Shown here one piece after another: positions 36,893 to 46,485 of a DNA stretch of 64,000 nt. Below the pieces are notes generated by a model. It did not search any database and was not told where the DNA came from. It saw only the letters and a program-made list of their open reading frames with translations. The position numbers and the translations under genes were made by a program. The DNA lies in the NCBI GenBank assembly GCA_963810095.1, contig CAWEMM010000009.1:416001-480000 (forward strand), given 5' to 3'. The stretch comes from an uncultured Chloroflexia bacterium. GTDB lineage: Bacteria; Chloroflexota; Anaerolineae; CG2-30-64-16. Within the stretch, counting starts at the first letter, position 1. Each line of letters starts with the position of its first letter.

Positions 36893-37923
36893 GCGTCCAA
36901 ACAACTACGCCCGCGCAGAAGGCGCGTGCGACCAGCCGGATGAGCAACGAGACGTTCATCACGCTCTTCATGGCCGGCGTGCTCCTGGTCGTGTTCCTGG
37001 TGGCGTGTCTCTTCGTGCCAAACTTCTTCACCCCGAAGAACATCGTCAACATCCTGACGAACAACTGGTACATCGTCATTATCGGCATCGGCGTAACGTT
37101 CCTCCTGATCACGGGCAACTTCGACATGTCGGTGGGCGGAGTCATCGCCTTGACCGGCGTACTGTCCGTGTGGTTCGTCCAGGGGGTGAACGTCTCGCGC
37201 AACGTACTGGCGAACGGCCTGGGCCTGCCCTACCCGGTCGCCATTGCGCTCGCCCTGCTGTGTGCGATGGGCGTCGGTGGCCTCAATGCGTTCTTCATCG
37301 CGAAACTTAAGGTGCCCTCCATTATCGTCACCCTGGGCACCGCGATGCTCGCCCGGGGCACTGCCCAGGTCATTACCCAGGGCGCACAGCGCAACACGAG
37401 CCTGCCTGACATTTTCGGGGTCGTCGGCAACGCCGCGATCCCCGGCACGACCGTGAAGGTTTCCGTGCTGATTATGATTGCCCTGATGATCGCGGCCTAC
37501 ATCTTCGAGCGCAGGACGGTGCCCGGCCGGCGGACGTACCAGATTGGCGCCAACCCGGAGGCCGCCCGGCTGTCCGGCATCAAGGTGACGCGGCAGCTCA
37601 CGCTGCTGTACATCCTGAGCGCGCTGCTCGCCGGCATCACCGGCATCCTCCTGACGTCCGAATACAAAGCCGGCCTGTCGAGCCGCGCCGTGGGCTACGA
37701 GTTCGACGCCCTGGTCGTGACGCTGCTGGGCGGCGTCAGCATCGCAGGCGGCTTTGGATCGGTGCTCGGCATGTTCGTCGGCGCAATCCTGCTCTCGGTG
37801 ATGACGACCGCCGCCACGGGCCTGCTGCTCTCGCCCGACTGGCAGTTCACGCTGAAGGCCCTCGTGACCTTTGCCGCAATTCTGGCGCAGCGGTGGGCAC
37901 TTGATCGCCGCAGCAGGGGCTAA
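36889..37923 (+). CDS. Sugar ABC permease (RbsC-like)
   Basis: GNFDMSVG, IIVTLGT, IGANPEAARLSGI, YEFDAL..LLGGVSI. Confidence 0.93.
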   Translation: MSVQTTTPAQKARATSRMSNETFITLFMAGVLLVVFLVACLFVPNFFTPKNIVNILTNNWYIVIIGIGVTFLLITGNFDMSVGGVIALTGVLSVWFVQGVNVSRNVLANGLGLPYPVAIALALLCAMGVGGLNAFFIAKLKVPSIIVTLGTAMLARGTAQVITQGAQRNTSLPDIFGVVGNAAIPGTTVKVSVLIMIALMIAAYIFERRTVPGRRTYQIGANPEAARLSGIKVTRQLTLLYILSALLAGITGILLTSEYKAGLSSRAVGYEFDALVVTLLGGVSIAGGFGSVLGMFVGAILLSVMTTAATGLLLSPDWQFTLKALVTFAAILAQRWALDRRSRG

Positions 37924-38018
37924 AGGCGTAGCTGAGCGCCCCACCGGGTAACGGCCGAGCGGCTAGCCCGCCTGGTGCGCTCCGCAAGTGTGGGCGGACG
38001 AACGAAAGGGAGATACTC

Positions 38019-39063
38019 ATGACAACAAGCCAAGTGTCGATGCGTAAGACTCAGGGTCAGAACGACCGGTCAGACGCTTTGCGTTCGGCAGTGAAGAAAT
38101 ACTATATCTACGCGGTCCTGCTGGTTATCGTGATCGTCTTTAGCCTGGCCAAGGTAAACACAGTGGGGTTGTTCGGCCGCGGCGCCTTCCTTAGCCCCGA
38201 CAGCGTCATCAACATGCTGCGCATCTCGGCCCCGATCCTTACCTTAAGCGGCGCGTTCACCCTGCTGATGATCTCCGGCTACATCGACCTCTCCGTCGGC
38301 AGCGCGATGAGCCTCGCCGCTGTCGTGTTCAGCTTGCTGATCCTCAACCGGGTGCCTTTCATCCTGGCCGTTGCCGCGACCCTGGTTGTCGGCATCGGGA
38401 TGGGCTTGCTGAACGGGTTCAACGTGATGAAGCTGCGGATCACCCCCGTTATCGCGACGCTGGTCACGCTCAATCTCTTCAAGGGCATCGCACTGCTGAT
38501 CGTACCGGACGGCACCTCGGCCATCAAGAGCACGGCGGTGCAGAAAATGCCCGCGATGATTAACTACTATGCCCGGCAACCCGTGATTCTCGGTCTGCCG
38601 CTGGCCTTCTTCGTCGCTATCGCCGTGATCGTCGGGCTGGTCATCGTCCAGCGGAAGACCATCCTGGGCAAATATGCCGCGGCGATTGGCGGCAACCGCA
38701 TGGCAGCGGAATTGTCGGGCATCAGCCCCGTCAAGTACGTCTGGATCCTCTACGTGATCGTTGGGTTATTCGCCGCCGCAGCGGGCGTCGCGCCGCGCCA
38801 GTTACATGTCGCTCGGCGATCCACTCTCCGGTGATGGCATGGAGACGGACTGCATCATCGCCGTGCTGCTTGGTGGCACGTCCTTCGCCGGCGGGGAGGG
38901 CTCGGTCGCCAAAACCATGGTGGCGGCCCTGATCCTCATGTGCGTCACGACAGGCCTGATGACGGTGATTCCCGCCTATTGGCAGACTGTGGCCAAGGGC
39001 AGCGTCCTGGTGTTCGCCGTCGTGCTGAACCACGTACTCGTGCGGCGGCGGGTGTCGGCATAA
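38019..39063 (+). CDS. Sugar ABC permease 2 (+1 frameshift near 38793)
   Basis: GYIDLSVG, IATL, IGGNRMAAELSGI; next frame AVLLGGTSFAGGEGS. Confidence 0.9.
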
Positions 39064-39168
39064 GTGCAAGCAGAGCCCGGGTGACGCGGATGGACACGAT
39101 TCACCTGTTGGCCGATCATCCTCTCCACTTGCGCCTTTTGCAGCCGGTTTAACGAGAAGGGGCTTCCA

Positions 39169-40455
39169 ATGGTCAACGCTCAGGAACGAAATGCGCTGCG
39201 CTCGCTGGCCGAGCGGTGGATGGAGCACGCGGCGAATCCCGTCATGGCGGAGCGCCGTAGGTTGTGGCGGGCCGTGAAGGATCTGCGGATGGAGCGGCCC
39301 GTGATCCTCGTCGAGACGTGCATGCTGGCCGACTATATCGGGCAGGACGAACTGGTTTGCCGCGATCCCTATCTGCGCAACGTCGAGAAGTCCATGTTCG
39401 AACTCGTACGGCACGCAGATGAGATCGGCGACGACTTCATCCTGGACCCGTACTTCCGCATCCCCTGGGATATCCAGCTGTCGGACTACGGCGTGCCGCT
39501 GGCGGCCCACCACGCTGCTGCCACGGATGGCAGCGACGTCGGCTATGCCTACGACTTCGCGGTGCAGTCGGACGAGGACATCGACGGGCTGCACCTGCGC
39601 ACCCGCTGCGTGGATCGGGAGCTGAGCTACAGGCGCCTCGAACTGCTCCAGGACATCTTTGGCGACATCCTGCCGGTGCGCCTGGGCGGCTATGATTGGT
39701 TCAACACCGACCCGGGCTACCAGCAGTGGTTGGGCAATCTCTACTCCGGCCTGACCATGGACCTGTTCAAGATGATCGGCAACAAGAACCTCCTCTACTG
39801 GGTCTACGATCATCCCGACCGCATTCACCGCATCATGCAGCTGATCCACGACGACCGCGCGGGCCATTTCGCTTTTCTCGAGCGTGAGGGGTTGCTCTAT
39901 CAGAACACCGACACCTGGATGCCTTGTCCAGGCAGCTACGGGTTCGTCTCCGACCTGCCCGACGTACCGGGGCAGGATGGGCCGGTGGCACACGACGTGC
40001 AGCTCAAGGACTGCTGGGTCTGGCTCGAGGCGCAGGAATGCCAGCCAATCTCGCCGAAGATGTTCAACGAGATCTTCCTGCCCTATATCGCGGACGTGGC
40101 GAAGCCGTTCGGCCTGGCCTACTGGGGCTGCTGCGAGCAGGTGCACGACCGGTTCGAATACATCGCAAAGGCCGTTCCCAACCTACGCGGCGTGAGCGTC
40201 TCGGGCTGGAGCAACCCCTGGAAGACGGCCGAGTTGCTGGGGCAGAAGTACGTTTACTCGCGGAAGCCGACGCCGGCCTACATCAGCGGCCCGAATCCGC
40301 AATGGGACCTGGTCGAGAAAGACCTGGCCGACACGCTGACTGCGGCCCGCGACTGCAACCTCGAGCTCTGTTTCCGGGATATCTACACCGTCGACGGCGA
40401 CAGGTCACGCCTGCGCCGGTGGGTGGACATGGCCCGGGCCATGATGAATGGATAG
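39169..40455 (+). CDS. Uncharacterised UroD/MtaA-superfamily-like TIM-barrel protein
   Basis: ISPKMFNEIFLPY, YWGCCE, SVSGW, YSRKP. Confidence 0.65.
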   Translation: MVNAQERNALRSLAERWMEHAANPVMAERRRLWRAVKDLRMERPVILVETCMLADYIGQDELVCRDPYLRNVEKSMFELVRHADEIGDDFILDPYFRIPWDIQLSDYGVPLAAHHAAATDGSDVGYAYDFAVQSDEDIDGLHLRTRCVDRELSYRRLELLQDIFGDILPVRLGGYDWFNTDPGYQQWLGNLYSGLTMDLFKMIGNKNLLYWVYDHPDRIHRIMQLIHDDRAGHFAFLEREGLLYQNTDTWMPCPGSYGFVSDLPDVPGQDGPVAHDVQLKDCWVWLEAQECQPISPKMFNEIFLPYIADVAKPFGLAYWGCCEQVHDRFEYIAKAVPNLRGVSVSGWSNPWKTAELLGQKYVYSRKPTPAYISGPNPQWDLVEKDLADTLTAARDCNLELCFRDIYTVDGDRSRLRRWVDMARAMMNG

Positions 40456-40552
40456 CGCACGCGCCAAGCCCGAGTGACGGACTCGGGATGCAGTCCCGTG
40501 GGAGGCCAACGCCTGCCACCGGGACACTGCACTTCCAGCCGAAGGGGGTTCC

Positions 40553-41428
40553 ATGTCCGAGTCAATCCCGCACCTGGCGGGCGACGTCCTGGTGGGTTTG
40601 TACGAGAAAGCGCTGCCGACCGAGTGGCCGTGGGAGCAGCGCCTCGAAACGGCTGCGCGGGCCGGCTACCGGTACATGGAGATATCCATTGACGAGACGG
40701 ACGCCCGGCTCGCCCGCCTGGACAACCCGGTCGAGCAGCGCGAAATCCGCAAGGCCGTCGAGAGCTCTGGCACGCCCCTGTTGACCATGTGCCTGAGCGC
40801 ACACCGGCGGTTTCCGCTCGGCAGCGCAGATCCGGCGCTGCGGGCGCGGGGTTTTGACATCCTTCGCCGTTCCATCGACCTGGCCCTTTTCACAGGCGTG
40901 CGGATTATCCAGGTGGGCGGCTACGACGTCTTCTACGAGCCTCATACGGCCGAGACCGTCGCGCGCTGCATCGAAGGTCTGCACATCGCGACGGAGTGGG
41001 CCGGAAGCGCCGGCGTGATGTTGGCGCTCGAGAACGTCGACGTGGCCCTGACCGCCTCTCTGCGCGATAGCATGAAGCTTGTGGTCGAGATGGACTCGCC
41101 CTGGTTCCAGTTGTACCCCGATATGGCGAACGTGACTGCGGCGGGGTTTGACCCCTGCAGCGAGTTGATGTTGTGCGTGGGACACCTCGCCGCAATCCAC
41201 GTTAAGGACGGCCGGCCCGGAGCAATCCGGGGCGTCCCCTTTGGAGCCGGCGCGGTGCCGTTTGACGACGTCTTCCGCACGCTGCGCAACGCGGGGTTTC
41301 GCGGCCCAATGACGGTGGAGATGTGGGCGCAGTACGCGGCTGACCCGGTGGATGCCGCTCACCTGGCGCGCGCCTTTGTGCAAGACCTCCTGGACCGGCA
41401 CTATGGTGAATATCAGGACGCCCGATAG
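40553..41428 (+). CDS. ulaE: L-ribulose-5-phosphate 3-epimerase (L-xylulose-5-P 3-epimerase)
   Basis: GLYEKALP, EISIDETDARLARL, MCLSAHRRFPLGS, IIQVGGYDVFYE, YPDMAN, EMW. Confidence 0.92.
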   Translation: MSESIPHLAGDVLVGLYEKALPTEWPWEQRLETAARAGYRYMEISIDETDARLARLDNPVEQREIRKAVESSGTPLLTMCLSAHRRFPLGSADPALRARGFDILRRSIDLALFTGVRIIQVGGYDVFYEPHTAETVARCIEGLHIATEWAGSAGVMLALENVDVALTASLRDSMKLVVEMDSPWFQLYPDMANVTAAGFDPCSELMLCVGHLAAIHVKDGRPGAIRGVPFGAGAVPFDDVFRTLRNAGFRGPMTVEMWAQYAADPVDAAHLARAFVQDLLDRHYGEYQDAR

Positions 41429-41536
41429 GGGGATTCTGCCACCCAGAAGTACGAAGACGTGTTCGAGATCTACGAGCAGATCTATCCGGCCCTGCGACCG
41501 GTCAATCAGCAGCGGTATGCCAGGCTTGTCGGATGA
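41429..41536 (+). pseudogene. Relic 3' end of an FGGY-type kinase gene
   Basis: Translates GDSATQKYEDVFEIYEQIYPALRPVNQQRYARLVG*, resembling the terminal helix of xylulokinase-type kinases; no start codon. Confidence 0.5.
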
Positions 41537-41611
41537 TGGTGCGCTAACCACGAACGTCTGACTAATAAGCGTCCATTTCCAGACCGGGACGCCGCTGGAG
41601 GAGACATTGGC

Positions 41612-43152
41612 ATGACCAAATACTTGATGGGCATCGACAACGGCCTGACCGTCTCCAAGGCCGCCATATTCGATCTGGCTGGACACGAGATCGCTGTCGA
41701 GGGACACAAAGTCGACTTGATCTACCCCCGCCCGGCCTGGGTCGAGCGCGACATGGACGCGGTGTGGAACACGACCGCGCAGGCGATCCGCGGCGCAATC
41801 CGGAAGGCGGGCATCGACCCGCGTGACATCGTGGGAGTGGGCAACTCCGCGCACGGCAACGGGATTTACCTGTTGGATCGGGCCGGCGCACCCCTCGGCA
41901 ACGCCATTACCTCGATGGACAACCGCGCAGCGAGCATCATCCATGAATGGAGCGTGGGGGGCCAAGGTCCCTCGGTTCTGCAGCAGAACTTCCCGATCGT
42001 TATGATCACCACGTACGCGGCTCAACCACCCGCGCTGCTCGCCTGGCTCAAACGCCGCCAGCCCGAAGTCTGGGCGCAGATCGGTCACGCAGTCACCTGC
42101 AAGGACTACATCAAGTACCGGCTCACCGGGACGATCAGCACGACCTACTGCGACATCAGCGGCACGAGCATCTTTGACAGCCAAGCCCGCCGTTACTCGC
42201 CGGAATTGCTCGACCTGTATGGCATCGGCGACATCCTGCCGTGTCTGCCACAGCCTCTCGAAAGCCATGAGGTGGCCGGGCGGGTAACGCCGGAGGCTGC
42301 AGCCTTGACCGGGCTGGCAGCAGGCACGCCGGTGGTGGGCGGCATGTTCGACATCGATGCGTCCGCCGTCGGCTCAGGCGTGATTCGCGAAGGGCTCGAT
42401 GTGCGTTATCGCAGGGACGTGGAGCATCAACGAGGTGATCGCCCGGCGGCCGGTCGTAGACGAGCACCTGAACATGTGCACGCTTTTTGCCGTGCCCGGG
42501 CTGTGGTTGCTCAGCGAGTGCAGCCCCGCGTCGGCAACTAACCTCGAATGGTTCGTCAGCAACTTCTGCGCCGAAGAGAAAGCGCTGGCCGAAGCGCGCG
42601 GCGTCTCCGTGTACGAAGTTTGCAGCGACCTGGTGGCGTCCCTGCCGCCGGGCGGCACGGACGTGATCTTCCACCCGTTCCTGTTCGGCTCGAATGTGCA
42701 GGCCAACGCACGCGGTGGGGTTCTACGGCCTGGGCGCATGGCACACGAAGGCGCACCTCGTACGGGCGTTGTATGAGGGCGTGGTCTACGGGCACCTCGA
42801 CCACGTGAATCGCCTGCGGGCGGTGGGCGCGACCGTGGACCTGGCGCGCATGACCGGAGGCGGCGCACGCAGTACGGTGTGGTCGCAGATGTTCGCCGAC
42901 ACCCTGCAAATGCCGGTCGAAGTGGTGGGCGGCACCGAGATTGCTGCGCTTGGCGCGGCGCTCGGCGCGGGCGTGGGCGTGGGTGCGTTCGGCAGCTATG
43001 AAGACGCCGTCGCGCAAGCCGTCCAGGTCGTGCGCCGGCACGAACCGGACGCCAGCGCCACGCCGAAGTACCTGGAGCGCTACGAAGAGTACCGCTGCAT
43101 CGCAGATGCGATGCGCGGCCCGTGGGACCGGTTGGCCCGGTTGTCCGGCTGA
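41612..43152 (+). CDS. FGGY sugar kinase, L-xylulose/3-keto-L-gulonate kinase (LyxK)-like (+1 frameshifts near 42397 and 42718)
   Basis: GIDNGLTVSKA, SAHGNG, CKDYI, GGMFD, IAGTWSINE, SPASATNLEW, FHPFLFGSN, GGGARS. Confidence 0.88.
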
Positions 43153-43175
43153 CCCACCGTTCAGAGGAGCTTATC

Positions 43176-43970
43176 TTGACTCATCTACGTGAGATAAAAC
43201 ATCTCGTCATCGACATGGATGGCGTGCTCTACCGCGGCAACGACCCGCTGCCCTGCCTGCCCGAGTTTATTGCCTTTCTGCGCCGGCAGGGCATCAAGTT
43301 CGTGATGGCGACGAACAACTCGGGCCTGACGCCTGTGCAATATGCGGCCAAGCTGGCGAAGATGGGCACGACAGTGGAGCCCGGCGAGATCATGACCTCG
43401 GGCACCGCCACCGCGTCATGGCTGGCCCGGCGGTTCCCTCCGGGGACGCGGGTGCACGTCTTCGGTGAGGATTCGCTGCGGCGGGCCATGACGGATCAGG
43501 GTTTCGTCCTGGCAGACGAGGATGTCCAAGTCGTCGCTGCCAGCATCGACTGGGGCGTCAACTTCGAGAAGATCAAGCGGGCGGCGGTACTGGTCCGCAA
43601 GGGCGCCCTTTTTGTGGCGACCAATCTCGATCCGACCCGGCCGACCGAAGAAGGGTTGGTGCCCGGAACCGGGGCATTGATTGCGGCGATTGCGGTCGGG
43701 GCAGAGGTTCAGCCGACGGCGATTGGCAAGCCCGAGCCGACGATGTTCGAGATGGCGGTGGCGCAGATGGGTGCAACCCCCGAAACGACGGCCACGTTGG
43801 GCGACCGGCTCGACACGGACATGGAAGGGGGCAAGCGGGCAGGGCTGCACACCATCCTGGTGCTCTCGGGCTCCACGGGTCGGGCCGAGGCGGAGGCTTA
43901 CCAGGCCACCGAAGGTTTGGACTTCATCTTCGAGGACATTGCAGATCTCTTGCAGGCATGGCAGGGCTAA
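43176..43970 (+). CDS. HAD-IIA sugar-phosphate phosphatase (NagD/AraL-like)
   Basis: DMDGVLY, TNNS, IGKPEP, GDRLDTD. Confidence 0.92.
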   Translation: MTHLREIKHLVIDMDGVLYRGNDPLPCLPEFIAFLRRQGIKFVMATNNSGLTPVQYAAKLAKMGTTVEPGEIMTSGTATASWLARRFPPGTRVHVFGEDSLRRAMTDQGFVLADEDVQVVAASIDWGVNFEKIKRAAVLVRKGALFVATNLDPTRPTEEGLVPGTGALIAAIAVGAEVQPTAIGKPEPTMFEMAVAQMGATPETTATLGDRLDTDMEGGKRAGLHTILVLSGSTGRAEAEAYQATEGLDFIFEDIADLLQAWQG

Positions 43971-44101
43971 CCACAGGAACCATTGCCCCGACGGCTCACA
44001 AAACATCTTGCAGGTCTTCGGCTGACCGGTTCGCTGTGGTAAAATGTGAGCGTGAACGGGAATAAGTGAGAAGCAGGGGGTTAGGTTCGATGGGGGTGGT
44101 T

Positions 44102-45100
44102 ATGATGGAAGACGAGCGCCTCGAGCTACTGGCGCAGGTCGCCATGTGGTATTACGAAGAGCGGCTCGATCAGGCCGCTATCGCCGAGCGCATCGGCAAG
44201 TCGCGTTCGATGGTCTCGCGGTTGCTGGATCAGGCGCGTGAGGCCGGATTGGTCGAGGTCAGAGTACACTACCCCCTTCGCACTGATGCTGATCTCGAAG
44301 CGCAGTTGTGCCACGAGTTCGGGCTGCAGAGCGCCCATGTCTTGGCCGAGCCGCCCGAGGATTACTCGGTCATGCTGAAGCGGCTGGGCGAGCTCGCTGC
44401 CCGCTGCGTGACCCAGGCGCTGCACCCCGGTATCATCATTGGGCTGAGCTGGGGCACGGCGGTGCATTCGGTCGTGCGCGCTATGCCGACTGTCCCGCTC
44501 TCCGACGCCACGGTCGTCCAGCTGATTGGCGCCGTCGGTCAGGGCGATCCGCTGGTCGACGGTGCAGAGTTGGGGCGGTGGCTGGCCCAGAAGCTGCACG
44601 CGTCATTTCGGTTCTTGTCCGCGCCATTGCTCGTGGAAGACGAGCGGGTTGCGAAAGCACTGCGCCGGGAGCGTACCATCGAGGAAACCTTGGCATTGGG
44701 GGCCCAGGCAGAAGTTGCAATCATCGGCATCGGCACGCCTGAGCCCGACCACTCCAGCCTGCTGCGGGCGGGCTACCTGACGCGTGCGGAGCTGCAGGCG
44801 CTGCTGGACCAGGGGATTGTGGGCGATGTCGTGGCGCACCAATTTGACGCAGACGGCTGCCTGCCCGACATCCCGGCGAACCGGCGTGCGATCAGCCTCG
44901 ACGCGGACTCGTTGCGACGGATCCCGCGGGTCGTAGCCGTATCGGGCGGCGAATCCAAGAGGGTCGCCATTCATGCGGCGTTGTTAGCGCACTTCTGCAC
45001 CTGCCTCGTGACGGATGCGGCGGCAGCCCGCGGCGTGCTGCAGATGCAGGCCGCCCGTCGTGCACGCCGGCAGGTGCCCGAGGCGGTCGCCGGTGGCTGA
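44102..45100 (+). CDS. SorC/DeoR/LsrR-family sugar-binding transcription regulator
   Basis: YYEERLDQAAIA..SRSMVSRLLDQAREAGLV HTH; GLSWGT; GGESK; LVTD. Confidence 0.93.
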   Translation: MMEDERLELLAQVAMWYYEERLDQAAIAERIGKSRSMVSRLLDQAREAGLVEVRVHYPLRTDADLEAQLCHEFGLQSAHVLAEPPEDYSVMLKRLGELAARCVTQALHPGIIIGLSWGTAVHSVVRAMPTVPLSDATVVQLIGAVGQGDPLVDGAELGRWLAQKLHASFRFLSAPLLVEDERVAKALRRERTIEETLALGAQAEVAIIGIGTPEPDHSSLLRAGYLTRAELQALLDQGIVGDVVAHQFDADGCLPDIPANRRAISLDADSLRRIPRVVAVSGGESKRVAIHAALLAHFCTCLVTDAAAARGVLQMQAARRARRQVPEAVAGG

Positions 45101-46390
45101 CCTCCCCGTACACGCGCCGCGCATCTATATCGGCGACGATGCAGTGGGGGCGCTGATCGACTACGCGCGCGAGCAGGAGCTGCGCCTGACCCTCGTGGCC
45201 GACGCAAACACCTATCAGGCGCTCGCGCGTCGGGTGGAGGAACAGGCAGCCGCGCTGGGGCTGGACGTAATCACGGTTGTGGCCAAAGGGCCGGAACCCA
45301 TCGTGTCGGACGAGCGCCGGCTGGTCCAGGTCCTGATCGATGCGGGCGCCTCTGAGCGCGCGTACGTGGCGGTCGGATCTGGAACGGTGACGGACATCAC
45401 CCGGTTCGCGAGCTTTCATGCGCGCAACCGCTTCATATCTATGCCGACCGCGGCGTCGATGGACGGCTACGCGACGAGCAATAACACTCTGAGCGTGGCC
45501 GGGCTCAAGATCAGTGTGCCGCGGCCACCCGCCCGAGGCAATCTTCTGCGACTTGCCCACGCTTGGGGCCGCGCCCAGGGCAATGAACGCGGCCGGGCTG
45601 GGCGACACCCTCGCCAAGTTCACCTCCGTTAACGATCTGCGGCTCGGGCACTTGGTGTGGGGCGAGCGGGCGGACACCTGGGAGCGGGACGCGCCCATCG
45701 CGGACCGGATGGAGCGGCTGGCCCAGACGGCGATCGGACGGGCCGGCGAGATTGCAGCCACAGAGCCCGAGCCGCGCCGGTCCGGCGTTGCGTTCCTGAT
45801 CCGTGCCCTGATCGATTCCGGCCTCGCAATGGCGGACTTTGGGAACTCGATGCCGGGCGCGGGCGCAGAGCACCATATCTCGCACTGTTGGGAGATGCGT
45901 GCGCTTTCGCGTGGCGAGCATGCCGGCTCCGGCCCCCTGCTCCTGCACGGCGCGAAGGTCGGTGTCGGCACGGTGATGGCCGCGGGCTGGTACGCGGCGA
46001 TCCGCGAGATGACGCAGCGCGAGGCGGCCAACCGCCTGGCCGAGCGCGCGTTGGCCCAGCGCCGAGTCGGAGATCGAGGCGATTGAGCGGGCCTACGGGC
46101 CGCTGGCCGAGGGCATCATCGCGACGCAGCAGCCGTTCCTGCAGGTAACCGGGGACCAGTGGTCCGCGCTCAAGTGGCGGATCGTCGAGCACTGGGACGA
46201 GATCCGGGCGCTGGCGGCGCGCATTCCCCCGCCCGGCACGCTGGCAGATGCGATGCGCGCCGCGGGTGGGCCGGGGTCGCCTGAGGAGCTCGGGCTGAGC
46301 GCCGCAGAGATCGAGATCGGCGCGCGGTACGGGCATTTCACTCGGCCGCGCTTCACCATCGCACGGTTGCGCCTGTTGCTCGGGATTTAG
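45093..46390 (+). CDS. sn-glycerol-1-phosphate dehydrogenase (AraM/EgsA-like; +1 frameshifts near 45520 and 46055)
   Basis: VGSGTVTDITR, PTAASMDGYA, AGLGDTLAK, GAEHHISHCWEM, LHGAKVGVGT, RPRFT. Confidence 0.87.
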
Positions 46391-46397
46391 CTCATTT

Positions 46398-46452
46398 CGT
46401 TACATGGGGCGCGTGGCGGCGCCAACGGCGCCGCCACGCGCCCCATGTAACG
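46398..46452. repeat. Perfect 26-bp-stem hairpin
   Basis: CGTTACATGGGGCGCGTGGCGGCGCC-AAC-GGCGCCGCCACGCGCCCCATGTAACG. Confidence 0.8.
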
Positions 46453-46485
46453 GCAGGTGCGTTCTCACCTAGAAAGGCCTCAATT

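Noticed and set aside
41426-41536. Pyrrolysine/amber readthrough extending UlaE
   Set aside because: UlaE is already full length at the TAG, no pyl genes are seen, and the tail looks like a kinase remnant
33033-45100. AI-2 (lsr) uptake operon
   Set aside because: SorC regulator, ABC importer and FGGY kinase fit superficially, but there is no LsrF or LsrG, and the kinase and epimerase are LyxK- and UlaE-like
24260-46070. Programmed ribosomal frameshifting or phase variation in BMC-locus genes
   Set aside because: No shared slippery motif or long homopolymer, and the same +1 pattern affects unrelated genes across the window
45093-46390. Archaeal-type ether lipid synthesis from G1P dehydrogenase
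   Set aside because: It is the bacterial AraM-type enzyme in a sugar operon, with no GGGP synthase nearby
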